A DNA stretch of 64,000 nt from Candidatus Omnitrophota bacterium (GTDB taxonomy: Bacteria > Omnitrophota > Gorgyraeia > JABMRN01 > RBG-13-46-9), in contig JABMQJ010000029.1 in the NCBI GenBank assembly GCA_013203315.1, forward strand, positions 635 through 64,634, read 5' to 3'. The notes below the pieces were generated by a model, which was not told the DNA's origin, searched no databases, and saw only the letters and a list, made by a program, of their open reading frames with translations. This document shows positions 46,489 to 57,681 of this stretch, piece by piece (the stretch's first letter is position 1; each line of letters begins with the position of its first letter). A program made the position numbers and the translations under genes.

Positions 46489-47280
46489 ATGCTAAACATT
46501 AAAAAAGGAATCACAGCTGTAGGCACTAAGGCTGTGGAATTTATACAATATGTCGGTGCCCTTACGATATTTTTGGGAGAAATAGGTTTCTGGCTTTTTC
46601 ATCCGCCTTTCAGGTTTAAACAAGTTATGAAGCAAACTGCGAGAATCGGCGCCAGCAGCCTTCCTATAATAACGTTGATAAGCCTTTTTATCGGTATGGT
46701 TCTTGCCCTGCAGAGTGCCTATCAGATGCAAAAAATACAGGCGGAAATGTACATAGCTTCTCTTGTTGCCCTTTCCGTGATAAGAGAAATAGGGCCGGTT
46801 TTGACGGCGCTAATTGTTGCCGGGAGGTGCGGCGCGGCCATAACCGCGGAAATCGGAACGATGAAAGTAACCGAACAGATAGACGCGCTGGAGACACTGG
46901 CGACTAACCCGATAAACTATCTTGTTGTTCCGAGATTTTGGGCACTTTTAATTTCACTTATAATACTAACTATTTATGCAAACTTTATCGGAATGGTAGG
47001 CGGATATATTGTAGGGGTGACAAAGCTTCGCATACCGCATCACATGTATGTAAAAATGACTTTTGAACCATTAAGACAGAGCGATATGCGAAACGGATTG
47101 TACAAAAGTTTTGTTTTTGCCATTGTAATATGTGTCATAGCCTGTTTTGAAGGAATGCGTGCCAAAGAAGGGGCAGAGGGCGTCGGAAAGGCCACCACAT
47201 CGAGCGTCGTAAGAAGCTTTGTACTTATAATTGCCTGCGACTGCTTACTGACGGCATTTATGTACTTTATCGGGAGATAG
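46489..47280 (+). CDS. mlaE: MlaE-type ABC permease (phospholipid transport)
   Basis: Five or six TM segments. Conserved block resembling MlaE/TtgB (...ALVVAGRCGAAITAEIGTMKVTEQIDALE...). Confidence 0.8.
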   Translation: MLNIKKGITAVGTKAVEFIQYVGALTIFLGEIGFWLFHPPFRFKQVMKQTARIGASSLPIITLISLFIGMVLALQSAYQMQKIQAEMYIASLVALSVIREIGPVLTALIVAGRCGAAITAEIGTMKVTEQIDALETLATNPINYLVVPRFWALLISLIILTIYANFIGMVGGYIVGVTKLRIPHHMYVKMTFEPLRQSDMRNGLYKSFVFAIVICVIACFEGMRAKEGAEGVGKATTSSVVRSFVLIIACDCLLTAFMYFIGR

Positions 47281-47284
47281 TTTT

Positions 47285-48046
47285 ATGATAGAAATAATTA
47301 ATTTATGTAAAAATTTCAATGGACGAAAAGTGCTAAGTAACCTGAACCTCACTATAAATACAGGTGAGACAACTGTTATAATCGGAAGAAGCGGATGCGG
47401 CAAAAGCGTTCTTTTAAAGCACATAATAGGCATATTAAAACCGGACAAAGGCCAGGTTTTTATAGATGGAAAAGACATAACGAAGTTAAGTAATAAAGCG
47501 CTAAACCAGATAAGAATGAAATTCGGAATGCTCTTTCAAGGCGCCGCTTTATTTGATTCGCTTTCTGTATGGGAAAACGTGGCTTTTGGAATGTTGGAAC
47601 ACAGTAATAAAAAGAAAAGCGATGTTATTGATAGAGTGAGAGAGTGCCTTAGTATCGTGGATTTAAAACGCGTGGAAGAATTTAAGCCGGCAGAACTTTC
47701 AGGGGGGATGCGCAAAAGAGTGGGGCTTGCCAGGGCCATATGCATGAAGCCCGAAATCATTCTTTACGATGAGCCAACTACGGGCGTGGATCCGATAACA
47801 GGAGACGCTGTGAATGGCCTCATAAGAAGCCTTCACGATAAGTTGAAAGTTACCGCTGTCGCTGTCACGCATGACATGACAAGCGCTTATAAAATAGCCG
47901 ATAAAATAGCGATGCTTTACGACGGAAAAATCATTGCAGTCGGAACGCCGGACGAAATAAAAAATACAAACGACCCCGTGGTAAAACAATTTATTAGCGG
48001 AGAAGCAAAGGGGCCGATTACGAAAGGGAGGGAAGATCATGGCTGA
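47285..48046 (+). CDS. mlaF: MlaF-type ABC ATPase
   Basis: Walker A GRSGCGKS, signature LSGGMRKRV, Walker B ILYDEPTTGVD. Confidence 0.8.
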   Translation: MIEIINLCKNFNGRKVLSNLNLTINTGETTVIIGRSGCGKSVLLKHIIGILKPDKGQVFIDGKDITKLSNKALNQIRMKFGMLFQGAALFDSLSVWENVAFGMLEHSNKKKSDVIDRVRECLSIVDLKRVEEFKPAELSGGMRKRVGLARAICMKPEIILYDEPTTGVDPITGDAVNGLIRSLHDKLKVTAVAVTHDMTSAYKIADKIAMLYDGKIIAVGTPDEIKNTNDPVVKQFISGEAKGPITKGREDHG

Positions 48047-48659
48047 ATCAGAGAGCAGGGCGCTTGAGTTAAAGGTTGGGATCTTTATAACGGTAGGAAT
48101 ACTCATTTTCTTCATAGTAGCCTTTTCCATAGGAGACGTGTATCTGGTGAGGAAGGGGTACAATATAAACGTTATTTTTAATTTTGCAAACGGTATCTCA
48201 GAAAGCGCTCCTGTGAGGGTGGCAGGCGTTAACGTGGGCCAAATTAATAAGATTGATATATTTTTCGATGAAGAAGAAAAAAGAACAAAGGTGAGACTGC
48301 AGGCCTGGATAGAGGACGAAAAAATAAAGATTACAAAAGATTCCGTTGCGTTTATTAATACACTCGGTCTTTTGGGAGAAAAATACCTTGAACTTTTCCC
48401 CGGCAAGGATACTGAACAGTTTCTTGTTTCCGGAGACCAGATAATAGGCCACGATCCTATCCCAACCGAGCTTATTACGGAAAAAGTAGATAATCTCGCT
48501 GATTCCGCCAACGTTATCATGACACGCCTTAAGGACGGCGAGGGTACCATTGGAAAATTATTAGTAGAAGAAAAAGTTTATGATGACCTGGAGGCATTTG
48601 TGGAAGATATCAAAAAGCACCCGTGGAAACTTCTGCACAAGTCAAGGGACAGTAAGTAA
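48039..48659 (+). CDS. mlaD: MlaD-type MCE domain protein
   Basis: N-terminal TM segment, then an MCE domain ([17 protein letters not shown]...). Confidence 0.75.
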   Translation: MAESESRALELKVGIFITVGILIFFIVAFSIGDVYLVRKGYNINVIFNFANGISESAPVRVAGVNVGQINKIDIFFDEEEKRTKVRLQAWIEDEKIKITKDSVAFINTLGLLGEKYLELFPGKDTEQFLVSGDQIIGHDPIPTELITEKVDNLADSANVIMTRLKDGEGTIGKLLVEEKVYDDLEAFVEDIKKHPWKLLHKSRDSK

Positions 48660-48670
48660 GGAGTGAGAAA

Positions 48671-49690
48671 ATGACTGTTATTTTTATAAGATTATTTTTT
48701 GTATTTTTAAGTTCTATCGTAGGATACTATGTCGGATCTCTTTTGGGCAATTTTAGCGTTACGCAGGGCCTGATAGGCATGGCTATAGCCTTTTTTGGGT
48801 CACTGCTTGTAATTTTACTGGAAGTAAGGCTCAAAAAATTATCTGTCAGGAATTTATCGGCAGCCGTATTCGGGCTCATATTCGGATTTTTCATGGCATG
48901 GATCTTGACGCTTGTAATAAAGCTCATTCCCATGGATGAGAGAATATATTCTTCTCTGAACATTATACTGATTCTTGTCTTCTGTTATTTAGGCATGGTC
49001 ATAGCAATGAGAGGGAAGGACGAGTTTAACTTGATAATACCGTACGTCAGATTTACGCGTCAGGCAGAAAGTGATGAAATTGTTGTCCTGGATACGAGCG
49101 TCATTATAGACGGCCGGATTGCCGACATAGCCCAGACATACTTTGTCCAGGGTAGATTACTTGTTCCGCGTTTTGTTTTAAGGGAGCTACAGCAAATAGC
49201 CGATTCCCAGGATGCGCTCAAGCGAAATCGCGGAAGGCGCGGGCTCGATGTGTTAAACCGCCTTCAAAAGAATTCGCGCCTTAGCGTTAAAGTCCACGAG
49301 GAAGATTTTCCGGACATAAAAGATGTCGATAGTAAAATTATCAAACTCGCGAAAGTCCTAGACGCGAAAGTATTCACGAATGATTTTAATCTAAATAAAA
49401 TTGCTGAACTTCAAGGGGTAAAGGTCTTAAACATGAATGACCTTGCCAACGCATTAAAGCCCGTAGTTTTGCCCGGAGAAGAAATGGTTGTAAGGGTTAC
49501 CAGAGAGGGAAAAGAATACAACCAGGGCGTGGCGTATCTGGACGACGGGACGATGATCGTAATTGATAACGCCAGACGCATGATAGGCCAGACCGCGAAA
49601 GTTATTGTCACGAGTGTATTGCAAACCTCCGCGGGAAGAATGATTTTTGCAAACAAAGTTGAAGAAAATGACAGGCGAAGATCTAGATAG
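48671..49690 (+). CDS. Membrane-anchored PIN + TRAM domain protein (YacL family)
   Basis: Three or four N-terminal TM segments, a PIN domain ([14 protein letters not shown]...) and a C-terminal TRAM-like beta domain. Precedes ispD-ispF as yacL does in Bacillus. Confidence 0.7.
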   Translation: MTVIFIRLFFVFLSSIVGYYVGSLLGNFSVTQGLIGMAIAFFGSLLVILLEVRLKKLSVRNLSAAVFGLIFGFFMAWILTLVIKLIPMDERIYSSLNIILILVFCYLGMVIAMRGKDEFNLIIPYVRFTRQAESDEIVVLDTSVIIDGRIADIAQTYFVQGRLLVPRFVLRELQQIADSQDALKRNRGRRGLDVLNRLQKNSRLSVKVHEEDFPDIKDVDSKIIKLAKVLDAKVFTNDFNLNKIAELQGVKVLNMNDLANALKPVVLPGEEMVVRVTREGKEYNQGVAYLDDGTMIVIDNARRMIGQTAKVIVTSVLQTSAGRMIFANKVEENDRRRSR

Positions 49691-50368
49691 ATGAAAGTCG
49701 TGTGCATTGTTCCCTCGGCCGGCAAAGGTAAGAGACTCGGCTCGGGCCAGGATAAACCCTTCGTAACGCTAGGCGGGAAACCTATATTAGCTAATACGCT
49801 GGAGGCGCTTGAGAGTTGTAAATTTATAGACGACATCATTATCGTAGTTTCGGGCAATAAGCTTAAGGCGTGTTCCGAGCTTGTTAAAAAATACAAATTC
49901 AGGAAGGTTTATGCCATCGTGCGCGGCGGGAAAAAGCGCTTTGATTCCGTAAAAAATGGACTTTCTAAAGTACAAAACGCAAATTTCATTTTAATACATG
50001 ACGGAGCCCGCCCTTTTATAGACCGAGAATTGATGAAAAAGGTTTTCGTCGCGGCAAAAAAGTACGGGGCGGCACTATGCGCTACGGCATCCAAACAAAC
50101 CCTTAAGTCTGTAAGTGGGAATTTGTTTATAAAAGAAACGCCGGAACGAAAGTTTATATGGGAAGCGCAAACGCCGCAGGCTTTCAAAAAGGATTTAATT
50201 ACAAAAGCGTATAAAAAATCAAAAAACAGAAATGCTACCGATGACTCGTATCTCGTTGAAAAATTAGGGCATAAAGTAAAAATTGTTAAGGGATCATACA
50301 GGAATATAAAAATTACGACACCCGAAGACCTGATTCTGGCAAGGGCGCTCATTAAGAAAGGTAAGTAA
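49691..50368 (+). CDS. ispD: 2-C-methyl-D-erythritol 4-phosphate cytidylyltransferase
   Basis: VPSAGKGKRLG...DKPF N-terminal nucleotide-binding motif. Size and context fit. Confidence 0.85.
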   Translation: MKVVCIVPSAGKGKRLGSGQDKPFVTLGGKPILANTLEALESCKFIDDIIIVVSGNKLKACSELVKKYKFRKVYAIVRGGKKRFDSVKNGLSKVQNANFILIHDGARPFIDRELMKKVFVAAKKYGAALCATASKQTLKSVSGNLFIKETPERKFIWEAQTPQAFKKDLITKAYKKSKNRNATDDSYLVEKLGHKVKIVKGSYRNIKITTPEDLILARALIKKGK

Positions 50369-50371
50369 AAG

Positions 50372-50845
50372 ATGAGAGTGGGTATAGGATACGACATTCA
50401 TAGATTAATGGAAGGTAAAAAGCTCGTGTTAGGCGGAATAGAGATCCCTTTCGTAAAGGGGTTAGTAGGCTATTCCGATGCCGACGTATTATTGCATGCA
50501 ATATCCGACGCCATGTTGGGGGCCGCAAGCTTAGGGGATATCGGCTTGCATTTTCCGGATACAGATCCGGACTATAAAGGCGCCTCGAGCGCAGATCTTT
50601 TGAAAAAAGTAAATAATTTAGTCAATAAAAATGGGTATCGACTTAACAATACGGATGTTGTTTTAGTAGCCGAAGAGCCCAAAATAAGCCCATTTGTTGC
50701 CGGTATGAGAAAGAAAATTTCAGATATTTTAAATGTTGACGAGTCGCAAGTAAGCATAAAAGCTACTACGAACGAAGGCGTAGGTTCAATTGGAAGAGGT
50801 GAGGCGATTGCGAGCTATGCTGTCGCGACACTGGAAAAGCTTTAG
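50372..50845 (+). CDS. ispF: 2-C-methyl-D-erythritol 2,4-cyclodiphosphate synthase
   Basis: RVGIGYDIHRL...SDADVLLHAISDAMLGA...GDIGLHFPDTDP is a diagnostic pattern. Confidence 0.9.
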   Translation: MRVGIGYDIHRLMEGKKLVLGGIEIPFVKGLVGYSDADVLLHAISDAMLGAASLGDIGLHFPDTDPDYKGASSADLLKKVNNLVNKNGYRLNNTDVVLVAEEPKISPFVAGMRKKISDILNVDESQVSIKATTNEGVGSIGRGEAIASYAVATLEKL

Positions 50846-50866
50846 AATGATAGGGGGAAAGGAAAA

Positions 50867-51592
50867 ATGCCTTTTTTAATGTTTATACTTTTTGTTTTAA
50901 TCGTTGTTCTCGCGTATTTCGTGTTCATAAGCCTTGTGTTTAGAGGGGAGATAAAAGCGACTTTTGAACGTGACCCGGCCGCCACAAGCTTTCTCGAAGT
51001 TTTGCTGACGTATTCGGGGCTTCACGCAATCATTGCTTATAGAATTACGCATAAACTCCGGGAAATAAAAATACCGTTCTTCCCGCGGTTTATTTCGCAA
51101 ATTGCGAAATGGTTTACCGGAATAGAAATTCACCCCGGCGCATCGATAAACCGAGGACTTTTCATAGACCACGGCATGGGTGTTGTAATAGGTGAAACAT
51201 CTATTATAGGAGAGAATGTGACGCTCTTCCAGGGGGTGACATTAGGTGGAACCGGTAAGGAACGCGGTAAAAGACACCCGACGCTTGGAAGCAATATTGT
51301 TGTCGGCGCCGGAGCGAAAATTCTAGGAGATGTCAAAATAGGTGATAACGTTCAGATAGGCGCCAATGCCGTAGTTATAAAGGATGTCCCTCCAAACTCC
51401 ACTGTCGTAGGCGTTCCGGGAAGAATCGTAAAAAAAGAAGGAAAAAAGATTCCCGGGGTAAGTCTTGACCACACCTCTTTACCTGACCCCATAGCGCAAA
51501 GACTTGACAGGCTTCAGAAAGAAATAGACCATATAGAAGCCGAAATCAAGGACCATAGCGAGCAAAAACGCCAAGAGAATGAAAATATATAA
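50867..51592 (+). CDS. cysE: Serine O-acetyltransferase
   Basis: N-terminal SAT helical region and left-handed beta-helix hexapeptide repeats ([11 protein letters not shown]...[21 protein letters not shown]). Confidence 0.8.
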   Translation: MPFLMFILFVLIVVLAYFVFISLVFRGEIKATFERDPAATSFLEVLLTYSGLHAIIAYRITHKLREIKIPFFPRFISQIAKWFTGIEIHPGASINRGLFIDHGMGVVIGETSIIGENVTLFQGVTLGGTGKERGKRHPTLGSNIVVGAGAKILGDVKIGDNVQIGANAVVIKDVPPNSTVVGVPGRIVKKEGKKIPGVSLDHTSLPDPIAQRLDRLQKEIDHIEAEIKDHSEQKRQENENI

Positions 51593-52961
51593 TACCCTTA
51601 CAAAATCTAAAGACGAGATTAAAGAGAAAAAGCTCGGCATGTATGTCTGCGGCCCGACCGTTTATGACGATCCGCATATCGGGCACGCAAGAAGCGCATA
51701 TGTATTTGACGTGATTGTAAAATATTTGAGATACAGAGGATTTCGCGTTACATTTATAAGGAACATAACGGATATAGATGATAAGATTATTGATAAAGCA
51801 TCAAAAGAGCCCGGCGAGGGCGACCTTATAGGCAGGGTTAAGCAGGTTGCCGAGAAATATCTCAAAAGATACGAAGAGGACATGGAGCTTTTAGGGCTTT
51901 CAAGGCCCGACAAAGAGCCCAGGGCCACGGATGTGATTCCGGATATGATTAAGTTCGTAGAAAGTTTAATCAAAAAAGGCTTTGCATATGAGGTGGCCGG
52001 CAATGTTTACTTCAATGTAAGAAAATTCAAAGACTACGGAAAGCTATCCGGCCAGAGCACTGACCAGATGCAGGAAGGCGCGCGCGTAGCGCTCGACAAA
52101 AACAAAAAAGACCCGCTTGATTTTGCGCTCTGGAAGGCCTCAAAAGAAGGAGAGCCTTTCTGGAAAAGCCCCTGGGGCAACGGCAGGCCGGGATGGCATA
52201 TCGAGTGCTCTGTTATGAGCACAAAATTCTTAAAAAATAATTTTTCAATTCACGGCGGCGGCCTGGATTTAGTTTTTCCGCACCACGAAAATGAAATCGC
52301 GCAGACCGTTTGTGCCGGAAAAAAAAGCGCCAAGTATTGGATCCATAACGGGCTTCTTACGATTAACGGCGAAAAAATGTCAAAGTCTTTGGGTAATTTT
52401 ATTTCGATAAGCAATTTTCCTAAAAGCAAAGACTTGCTAAAACTCTTTTTTCTCTCCAGTCATTATCGGCACCCTGTTGATTATACAGAAGAGAAACTTA
52501 CGCAAATGTCTGATGCCAGAGATAGGATACTCGCATTTTTACAAAAAGTCGATAATGTTTTACAAAAGTATAATAAAACGATTACAGAAAACGACACATA
52601 CAGAACGCCTTTTCTCGCAGCTATGGACGATGACTTTAATACGCCGCTTGCGTTGGGCGTAATCTTCAAATCCGTCGCAGACGGAAATAAAATAGTGGAC
52701 AAAAATAATCTGAACGAAAAAGACAAAGAAATATTAGCGAATATCAGACTTTTTATTCGAGACGTTGCGAAAAATATTTTTACCCTCAGCCTTGACTATC
52801 AAGCAAAGAATGCCGCCATAGATTCTATGGTTTCCAACCGTGAACAGGCGCGAAAAAATAAGGATTTCAAAAAAGCCGACAGAATAAGAGACGACCTTTT
52901 GGAAAAAGGTATTATCGTAGAGGATACGAAAGAAGGCTCGGTGTGGCGAAAAAAACTTTAA
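51579..52961 (+). CDS. cysS: Cysteinyl-tRNA synthetase
   Basis: HIGH-type motif HIGHARS and KMSKS motif KMSKSLGN. Follows cysE as in Bacillus. Confidence 0.9.
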   Translation: MKIYNTLTKSKDEIKEKKLGMYVCGPTVYDDPHIGHARSAYVFDVIVKYLRYRGFRVTFIRNITDIDDKIIDKASKEPGEGDLIGRVKQVAEKYLKRYEEDMELLGLSRPDKEPRATDVIPDMIKFVESLIKKGFAYEVAGNVYFNVRKFKDYGKLSGQSTDQMQEGARVALDKNKKDPLDFALWKASKEGEPFWKSPWGNGRPGWHIECSVMSTKFLKNNFSIHGGGLDLVFPHHENEIAQTVCAGKKSAKYWIHNGLLTINGEKMSKSLGNFISISNFPKSKDLLKLFFLSSHYRHPVDYTEEKLTQMSDARDRILAFLQKVDNVLQKYNKTITENDTYRTPFLAAMDDDFNTPLALGVIFKSVADGNKIVDKNNLNEKDKEILANIRLFIRDVAKNIFTLSLDYQAKNAAIDSMVSNREQARKNKDFKKADRIRDDLLEKGIIVEDTKEGSVWRKKL

Positions 52962-53596
52962 AAAAAGGAATATTTATTACTTTCGAGGGGCCAGAGGGTT
53001 GCGGCAAGAGCACGCATTCTAAATTAGCGGCTAACCTCTTGAAAAAAGAGGGATATGACGTTGTCTATACAAGGGAGCCCGGTGGGACCAGGCTCGGGGA
53101 TAGAATAAGAGAAACCCTCTTAAATTTGAAAAAGATTGATATTCCGCCTCTTGTTGAGATGCTGCTTTTTGAAGCAAGCCGCGCGGCGCTTGTAAAGAAA
53201 GTCATAAAACCCGCTCTTCTTAAAAAGAAAATTGTCATAAGCGATAGATTCAATGACGCGACCCATGTATATCAGGGCTACGCCGGCAATATACCGCTGA
53301 AAGATATATATAAGGTGGAGACAGCATGTCTCGGAGGCATCAAGCCCGATCTTACGATTATTTTAGATATAGACGCAAAAACAGGCCTAAATAAGACGCG
53401 CAGGAGTAAAAGAGACAGGATGGAATCTAAGAAGCTTTCTTTCCATAAAAAGGTAAGAAAGGGTTATTTGGGCATAGCTAGGCGTGATAAGAAAAGAGTA
53501 AAAGTAGTAAGGACGAAAAAAACGAAACACGAAACGTTTGAAAAAGTTAAGCATGAGGTTCTGAATGTCATTCGAAGATATAAAAGGACAGGATAG
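52943..53596 (+). CDS. tmk: Thymidylate kinase
   Basis: P-loop FITFEGPEGCGKST, DRF-like motif and lid region. Confidence 0.85.
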   Translation: MAKKTLKKGIFITFEGPEGCGKSTHSKLAANLLKKEGYDVVYTREPGGTRLGDRIRETLLNLKKIDIPPLVEMLLFEASRAALVKKVIKPALLKKKIVISDRFNDATHVYQGYAGNIPLKDIYKVETACLGGIKPDLTIILDIDAKTGLNKTRRSKRDRMESKKLSFHKKVRKGYLGIARRDKKRVKVVRTKKTKHETFEKVKHEVLNVIRRYKRTG

Positions 53597-54587
53597 GGCT
53601 ATTCGGATACTACGCGCCAGCCTCCGGAATAACCGAATTTTTTCAAGTTACCTGTTTGTGGGGCCGGACGGTATAGGTAAATTTGAAACCGCGAAAAATT
53701 TCGCAAAAGCCATAAATTGCTCAAGTGAAAAAAATCCACCGGATGCCTGCGAAACATGCTCATCGTGTAAAAGGATAAATTCAAGGACCCATCCCGACAT
53801 CTTCTTCGTAGCGCCTAAGGGTGTATCATCCACAATCGGCGTTGACGAGATAAGAGGCGTTATATCAAAAGCGAACCTAAAACCCTATGAAGCGAAGAAA
53901 AAAGTATTTATTATAGACAATGCCCATTCCATGAATAACGCATCGTCAAACGCTTTTTTGAAAACCCTGGAAGAAGCGCCTAAAGACACGATATTTATAC
54001 TCATAAGCCGATCAAAAGAACTTTTACTTTCCACTATCGTATCGCGATGCCACGCTATAAAGTTTTTTACAGCGCCTCCCCAAGAACTCTTGAATGTCCT
54101 TACGGAAAAATTTAACCTTAAAAAAAATGAGGCAAAAATTTTAAACAATTTCTCAAGCTCCAGGATCGGGGAAGCCATAAGGATGAAAGACAAAGATTTA
54201 ATCAAAAGGAAAAATCGGGTAATAGATAGCTTATTAAGCATAGACGGGCATGCGTCCGATTTTTCGGAGGAAATTGCAAATTATAATACGAGAAATGAGT
54301 TTAAAGAGAATCTGGAGTTTATCCTTTCGTTTTTTAGAGACGTATTCCTGTATAAAACAATAAGTGACGAAAATGCACTTTTTCACGCAGACAAAATCGC
54401 AGAAATAAAAAGCGAATGTGAAAAATTTACATTAGAAGATCTCGATTATCTTATGAAAAAAGTGATCACCCTATCTTCGTATATAGACTATAATGTAAAT
54501 CCGAAAATTATCGTCGATGTTTTAACCAATGAACTAAGGAGTTATTATGCACGAGGTAGTACAGGTAAGGCTGCGCGAAGCCGGTAA
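53565..54587 (+). CDS. holB: DNA polymerase III delta-prime subunit
   Basis: AAA+ clamp-loader-like protein with a degenerate Walker A (GPDGIGKFETAKNFAKAINCS) and a zinc-module CxxC (CETCSSCK). Follows tmk as in many genomes. Confidence 0.75.
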   Translation: MSFEDIKGQDRAIRILRASLRNNRIFSSYLFVGPDGIGKFETAKNFAKAINCSSEKNPPDACETCSSCKRINSRTHPDIFFVAPKGVSSTIGVDEIRGVISKANLKPYEAKKKVFIIDNAHSMNNASSNAFLKTLEEAPKDTIFILISRSKELLLSTIVSRCHAIKFFTAPPQELLNVLTEKFNLKKNEAKILNNFSSSRIGEAIRMKDKDLIKRKNRVIDSLLSIDGHASDFSEEIANYNTRNEFKENLEFILSFFRDVFLYKTISDENALFHADKIAEIKSECEKFTLEDLDYLMKKVITLSSYIDYNVNPKIIVDVLTNELRSYYARGSTGKAARSR

Positions 54588-55341
54588 AATTTCGTATTTT
54601 TTAACAGGCGGCTTGAAATTTAACGTAAGCGAATACGTAATTGTCGAACAGGGCAGGGGCCTGGAATACGGGCAGATTGTGTCCGAGTCGGAAACGGTTC
54701 TCGATACCGAAATCGAACGGCCCCTCCGCAAAATCATACGAAAAACAAATCCGTGGGATCATCGCCAGATAGAAAAGAATAAGAAAAAAACAAAAGAGCT
54801 TATTCAAATTTGCGGCAAAAAAATATCCGAACGTAAGCTTCCCATGAAACTGGTAGAGGCGGAATATTCTTTTGACCGTTCCAAGATCATATTTTATTTT
54901 ACCGCGGAAGAACGTGTTGATTTCAGGAGTCTCGTAAGAGACCTGGCCAATATTTTTAAGGCAAGAATTGAGCTCAAGCAGATCGGTGTGCGGGATGAAG
55001 CGAAACTTATGGGCGGATACGGTCCTTGCGGAAAAGAGTTATGCTGCGTGAAATTTTTGAAAGATTTTGAACCGGTAACTATAAGAATGGCAAAGGACCA
55101 GAACCTGCCTTTAAACCCTACGAAGATATCGGGCCTATGCGGAAGGCTTATGTGCTGCCTGAGTTACGAAAACCAGACCTATAAGGAATTCATGAAAGGG
55201 CTGCCTAAAATAGGCCAGGAAATAAAAACGGAAAAAGGTAAAGGCAAAGTCGTGGCCCTAAACCCGCTTAAAAAAAGCGCCATGGTGGAGATAGGAGACG
55301 GTAAGCGCATAGAGGTTAAATTCGATAAAAATAAGCCGTAA
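54547..55341 (+). CDS. PSP1 C-terminal domain protein (YaaT/RicT-like)
   Basis: Conserved ...YFLTGGLKFNVSEYVIVEQGRGLEYGQIV... and Cys-rich C-terminal region (CGKELCC...CGRLMCCLSYE). Follows holB as in Bacillus. Confidence 0.75.
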   Translation: MHEVVQVRLREAGKISYFLTGGLKFNVSEYVIVEQGRGLEYGQIVSESETVLDTEIERPLRKIIRKTNPWDHRQIEKNKKKTKELIQICGKKISERKLPMKLVEAEYSFDRSKIIFYFTAEERVDFRSLVRDLANIFKARIELKQIGVRDEAKLMGGYGPCGKELCCVKFLKDFEPVTIRMAKDQNLPLNPTKISGLCGRLMCCLSYENQTYKEFMKGLPKIGQEIKTEKGKGKVVALNPLKKSAMVEIGDGKRIEVKFDKNKP

Positions 55342-55346
55342 GTAAA

Positions 55347-56906
55347 ATGGAAAAAAGAAAGACATATATAACAACACCGCTATATTATGTAAACGCAAAA
55401 CCGCATATAGGGCACTCCTATACCCAGATAATATGCGATACGGCCGCTCGCTTTCGCAAACAATGCGGCGAGGAAGTTTTTTTCATGACGGGTACTGATG
55501 AGCACGGCGAAAAGATAGAAAAGGCCACTTTGGAAGCGGGTTTTGAAAAGGGCCAAGAAAAAAAGTTTGTAGACACTATCGTGCCGCATTTTAAGGAGCT
55601 ATGGAAAAAACTTGATATAAAATACGACCACTTTATACGCACCACAGATATGGTGCATGAAGAGACCGTAAAAAGGGTGCTATCGATATTATATGAGAAA
55701 GGGAAGATATATAAGAAGCTCTATAAGGGGTGGTTTTGCACTCCATGTGAAATGTTTTGGTCGCATATACATGCCCCGGACGGCATATGCCCGGACTGTA
55801 AAAGAAAATTAGATAAACTTAACGAAGAAAACTACTTTTTTAAAACTTCCGAATATCAAAACGCATTAATCAAGCATATAAAAGAAACCAATGCCTTTAT
55901 CCTCCCCGATATGCGAAAAAATGAAGTACTAAGCTTTCTCGAAAATAACGAACTTCAGGATCTTTGCATATCCCGGCCAAAAACGCGACTTTCGTGGGGC
56001 ATCGAGCTTCCTTTTGACAAAAATTTCGTGACTTACGTATGGTTTGACGCCCTTTTAAACTACATATCCGGGATCGGATACCTGGATGACAGAAAGCGCT
56101 TTGATTCGCTCTGGCCGGACGCTATCCACGTAATAGGAAAAGATATATTACGTCATCATGCGATTTATTGGCCAATTATGCTTTTGGCCATTGATGAAAA
56201 ACCTCCCAAGTGTATTTGCACGCATGGCTGGTGGATGACCGAAGGTGAGAAAATGTCCAAGTCTAAAGGAAATATAATCGACCCCCTGAAGATTATAGCT
56301 AAATACGGCGTGGATGCATTCAGGTATTATCTTTTGGCTGCGGTTCCTTTTGGCTACGACGGAACTTTCTCGGAGAAACTCTTCATAGAGCGGTACAACA
56401 ATGACCTCGCAAACGATTTGGGGAACCTTCTAAACAGAACTCTTACAATGGTAGAGAAGTATTTTGATGGAATTGTTCCGGAGGTTAAGCTTTCTTGCGA
56501 CGAAGGCATGAAAAGCGCTATAGAGAATCTTCCGGGAAAATTTGGAGCTACTTTTATGCAATTCGATTCATCCTTCGCGCTTAAAGAGATATGGAAGCTA
56601 GTAAAACAGGCCAATAAGCATATAGAAGATAAGGCGCCATGGAAACTCGCGAAAAAAAATAAAGAAGAATTATCCGCGGTCATGTACGAATTGATACAGG
56701 CGATAGGGATTATAGCGGTATTGCTATATTCCTCTATGCCGGATAGCGCCCGTAAAATGTGGAAGCAGCTTGGCATGAAGCCGGATATAGCCTCTAAAAA
56801 CATATGTACACCCGAAACAGAAAAAGAAAAATTTTGGGGTATTATACCTTCGGGAACAAAAACCGCTAAGGGCAAGCCCCTCTTTCCACGAATTGTTTTA
56901 GAATGA
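55347..56906 (+). CDS. metG: Methionyl-tRNA synthetase (short form)
   Basis: HIGH-type PHIGHSYT, zinc knuckle CTPCEMF...CPDCK, and KMSKS motif KMSKSKGN. Confidence 0.9.
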   Translation: MEKRKTYITTPLYYVNAKPHIGHSYTQIICDTAARFRKQCGEEVFFMTGTDEHGEKIEKATLEAGFEKGQEKKFVDTIVPHFKELWKKLDIKYDHFIRTTDMVHEETVKRVLSILYEKGKIYKKLYKGWFCTPCEMFWSHIHAPDGICPDCKRKLDKLNEENYFFKTSEYQNALIKHIKETNAFILPDMRKNEVLSFLENNELQDLCISRPKTRLSWGIELPFDKNFVTYVWFDALLNYISGIGYLDDRKRFDSLWPDAIHVIGKDILRHHAIYWPIMLLAIDEKPPKCICTHGWWMTEGEKMSKSKGNIIDPLKIIAKYGVDAFRYYLLAAVPFGYDGTFSEKLFIERYNNDLANDLGNLLNRTLTMVEKYFDGIVPEVKLSCDEGMKSAIENLPGKFGATFMQFDSSFALKEIWKLVKQANKHIEDKAPWKLAKKNKEELSAVMYELIQAIGIIAVLLYSSMPDSARKMWKQLGMKPDIASKNICTPETEKEKFWGIIPSGTKTAKGKPLFPRIVLE

Positions 56907-57673
56907 TTATAGATACACACTGCCATCTCGATTTTGACCAGTTCCACGCTGACAGAGACTCTGTCATAGAGCGGGCGGAAAAAGCAGGCGTCAAATATTT
57001 TATAAACGTAGGCTCAAGCCTTGAAGGTTCGCGGAAAAGCGTAGAACTTGCTTCCCGGCATGATAGCGTTTTTGCATCAGTGGGCATTCATCCGCATGAG
57101 GCTGACCACATAACCGAAGATACCTTTACCGAAATCGAGGGCCTTCTAAGAGATAAAAAAATTGTTGCTATCGGTGAAATCGGGCTAGATTATTTTAAAA
57201 AACGTTCTGCGCCAGATAAGCAAAAAACGCTATTTACCAGATTCATAGAGATCTCTAAAAAGCGCAACCTTCCTTTGATTATCCACAACCGCGATGCCGC
57301 GCGCGATACGTTAGATATTTTGAAAAAAAACGGCACTCACCCGGTTTCGGGTGTCATGCATTGCTTTTCCGGGGATGAGAAGTTTCTCGGCGAAGTCTTG
57401 GAGATGGGCTTACATGTTTCATTTACGTGCAACCTGACCTTTAAAAATGCCAAGCGCTTAAGAGAGGTTGCCAAAGGCGTCCCACTTGACCGGCTTCTTC
57501 TGGAAACAGACGCGCCGTTTTTGGCGCCCCAAGCATATAGGGGGAAAAGAAACGAACCCGCGTATATAATCGAACTTCGTGACGTACTATCGGAGATTTT
57601 AAACGTTTCAAAAGAGGAAATAGAAAAAGTAACTACGGATAACGCTAAAAAACTATTTAAAATACCGGGATAG
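56903..57673 (+). CDS. tatD: TatD family metal-dependent deoxyribonuclease
   Basis: MIIDTHCHLDFDQF and TatD motifs. Follows metG as yabD does in Bacillus. Confidence 0.85.
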   Translation: MIIDTHCHLDFDQFHADRDSVIERAEKAGVKYFINVGSSLEGSRKSVELASRHDSVFASVGIHPHEADHITEDTFTEIEGLLRDKKIVAIGEIGLDYFKKRSAPDKQKTLFTRFIEISKKRNLPLIIHNRDAARDTLDILKKNGTHPVSGVMHCFSGDEKFLGEVLEMGLHVSFTCNLTFKNAKRLREVAKGVPLDRLLLETDAPFLAPQAYRGKRNEPAYIIELRDVLSEILNVSKEEIEKVTTDNAKKLFKIPG

Positions 57674-57681
57674 GAACGTTA

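Noticed and set aside
47699-48550. 283-aa minus-strand ORF opposite mlaF and mlaD
   Set aside because: Antisense shadow of the well-supported Mla operon. Ser/Leu-rich composition typical of out-of-frame reading.
56354-56947. 197-aa minus-strand ORF overlapping metG and tatD
   Set aside because: Antisense to two conserved genes, no SD and no recognisable domain. Spurious.
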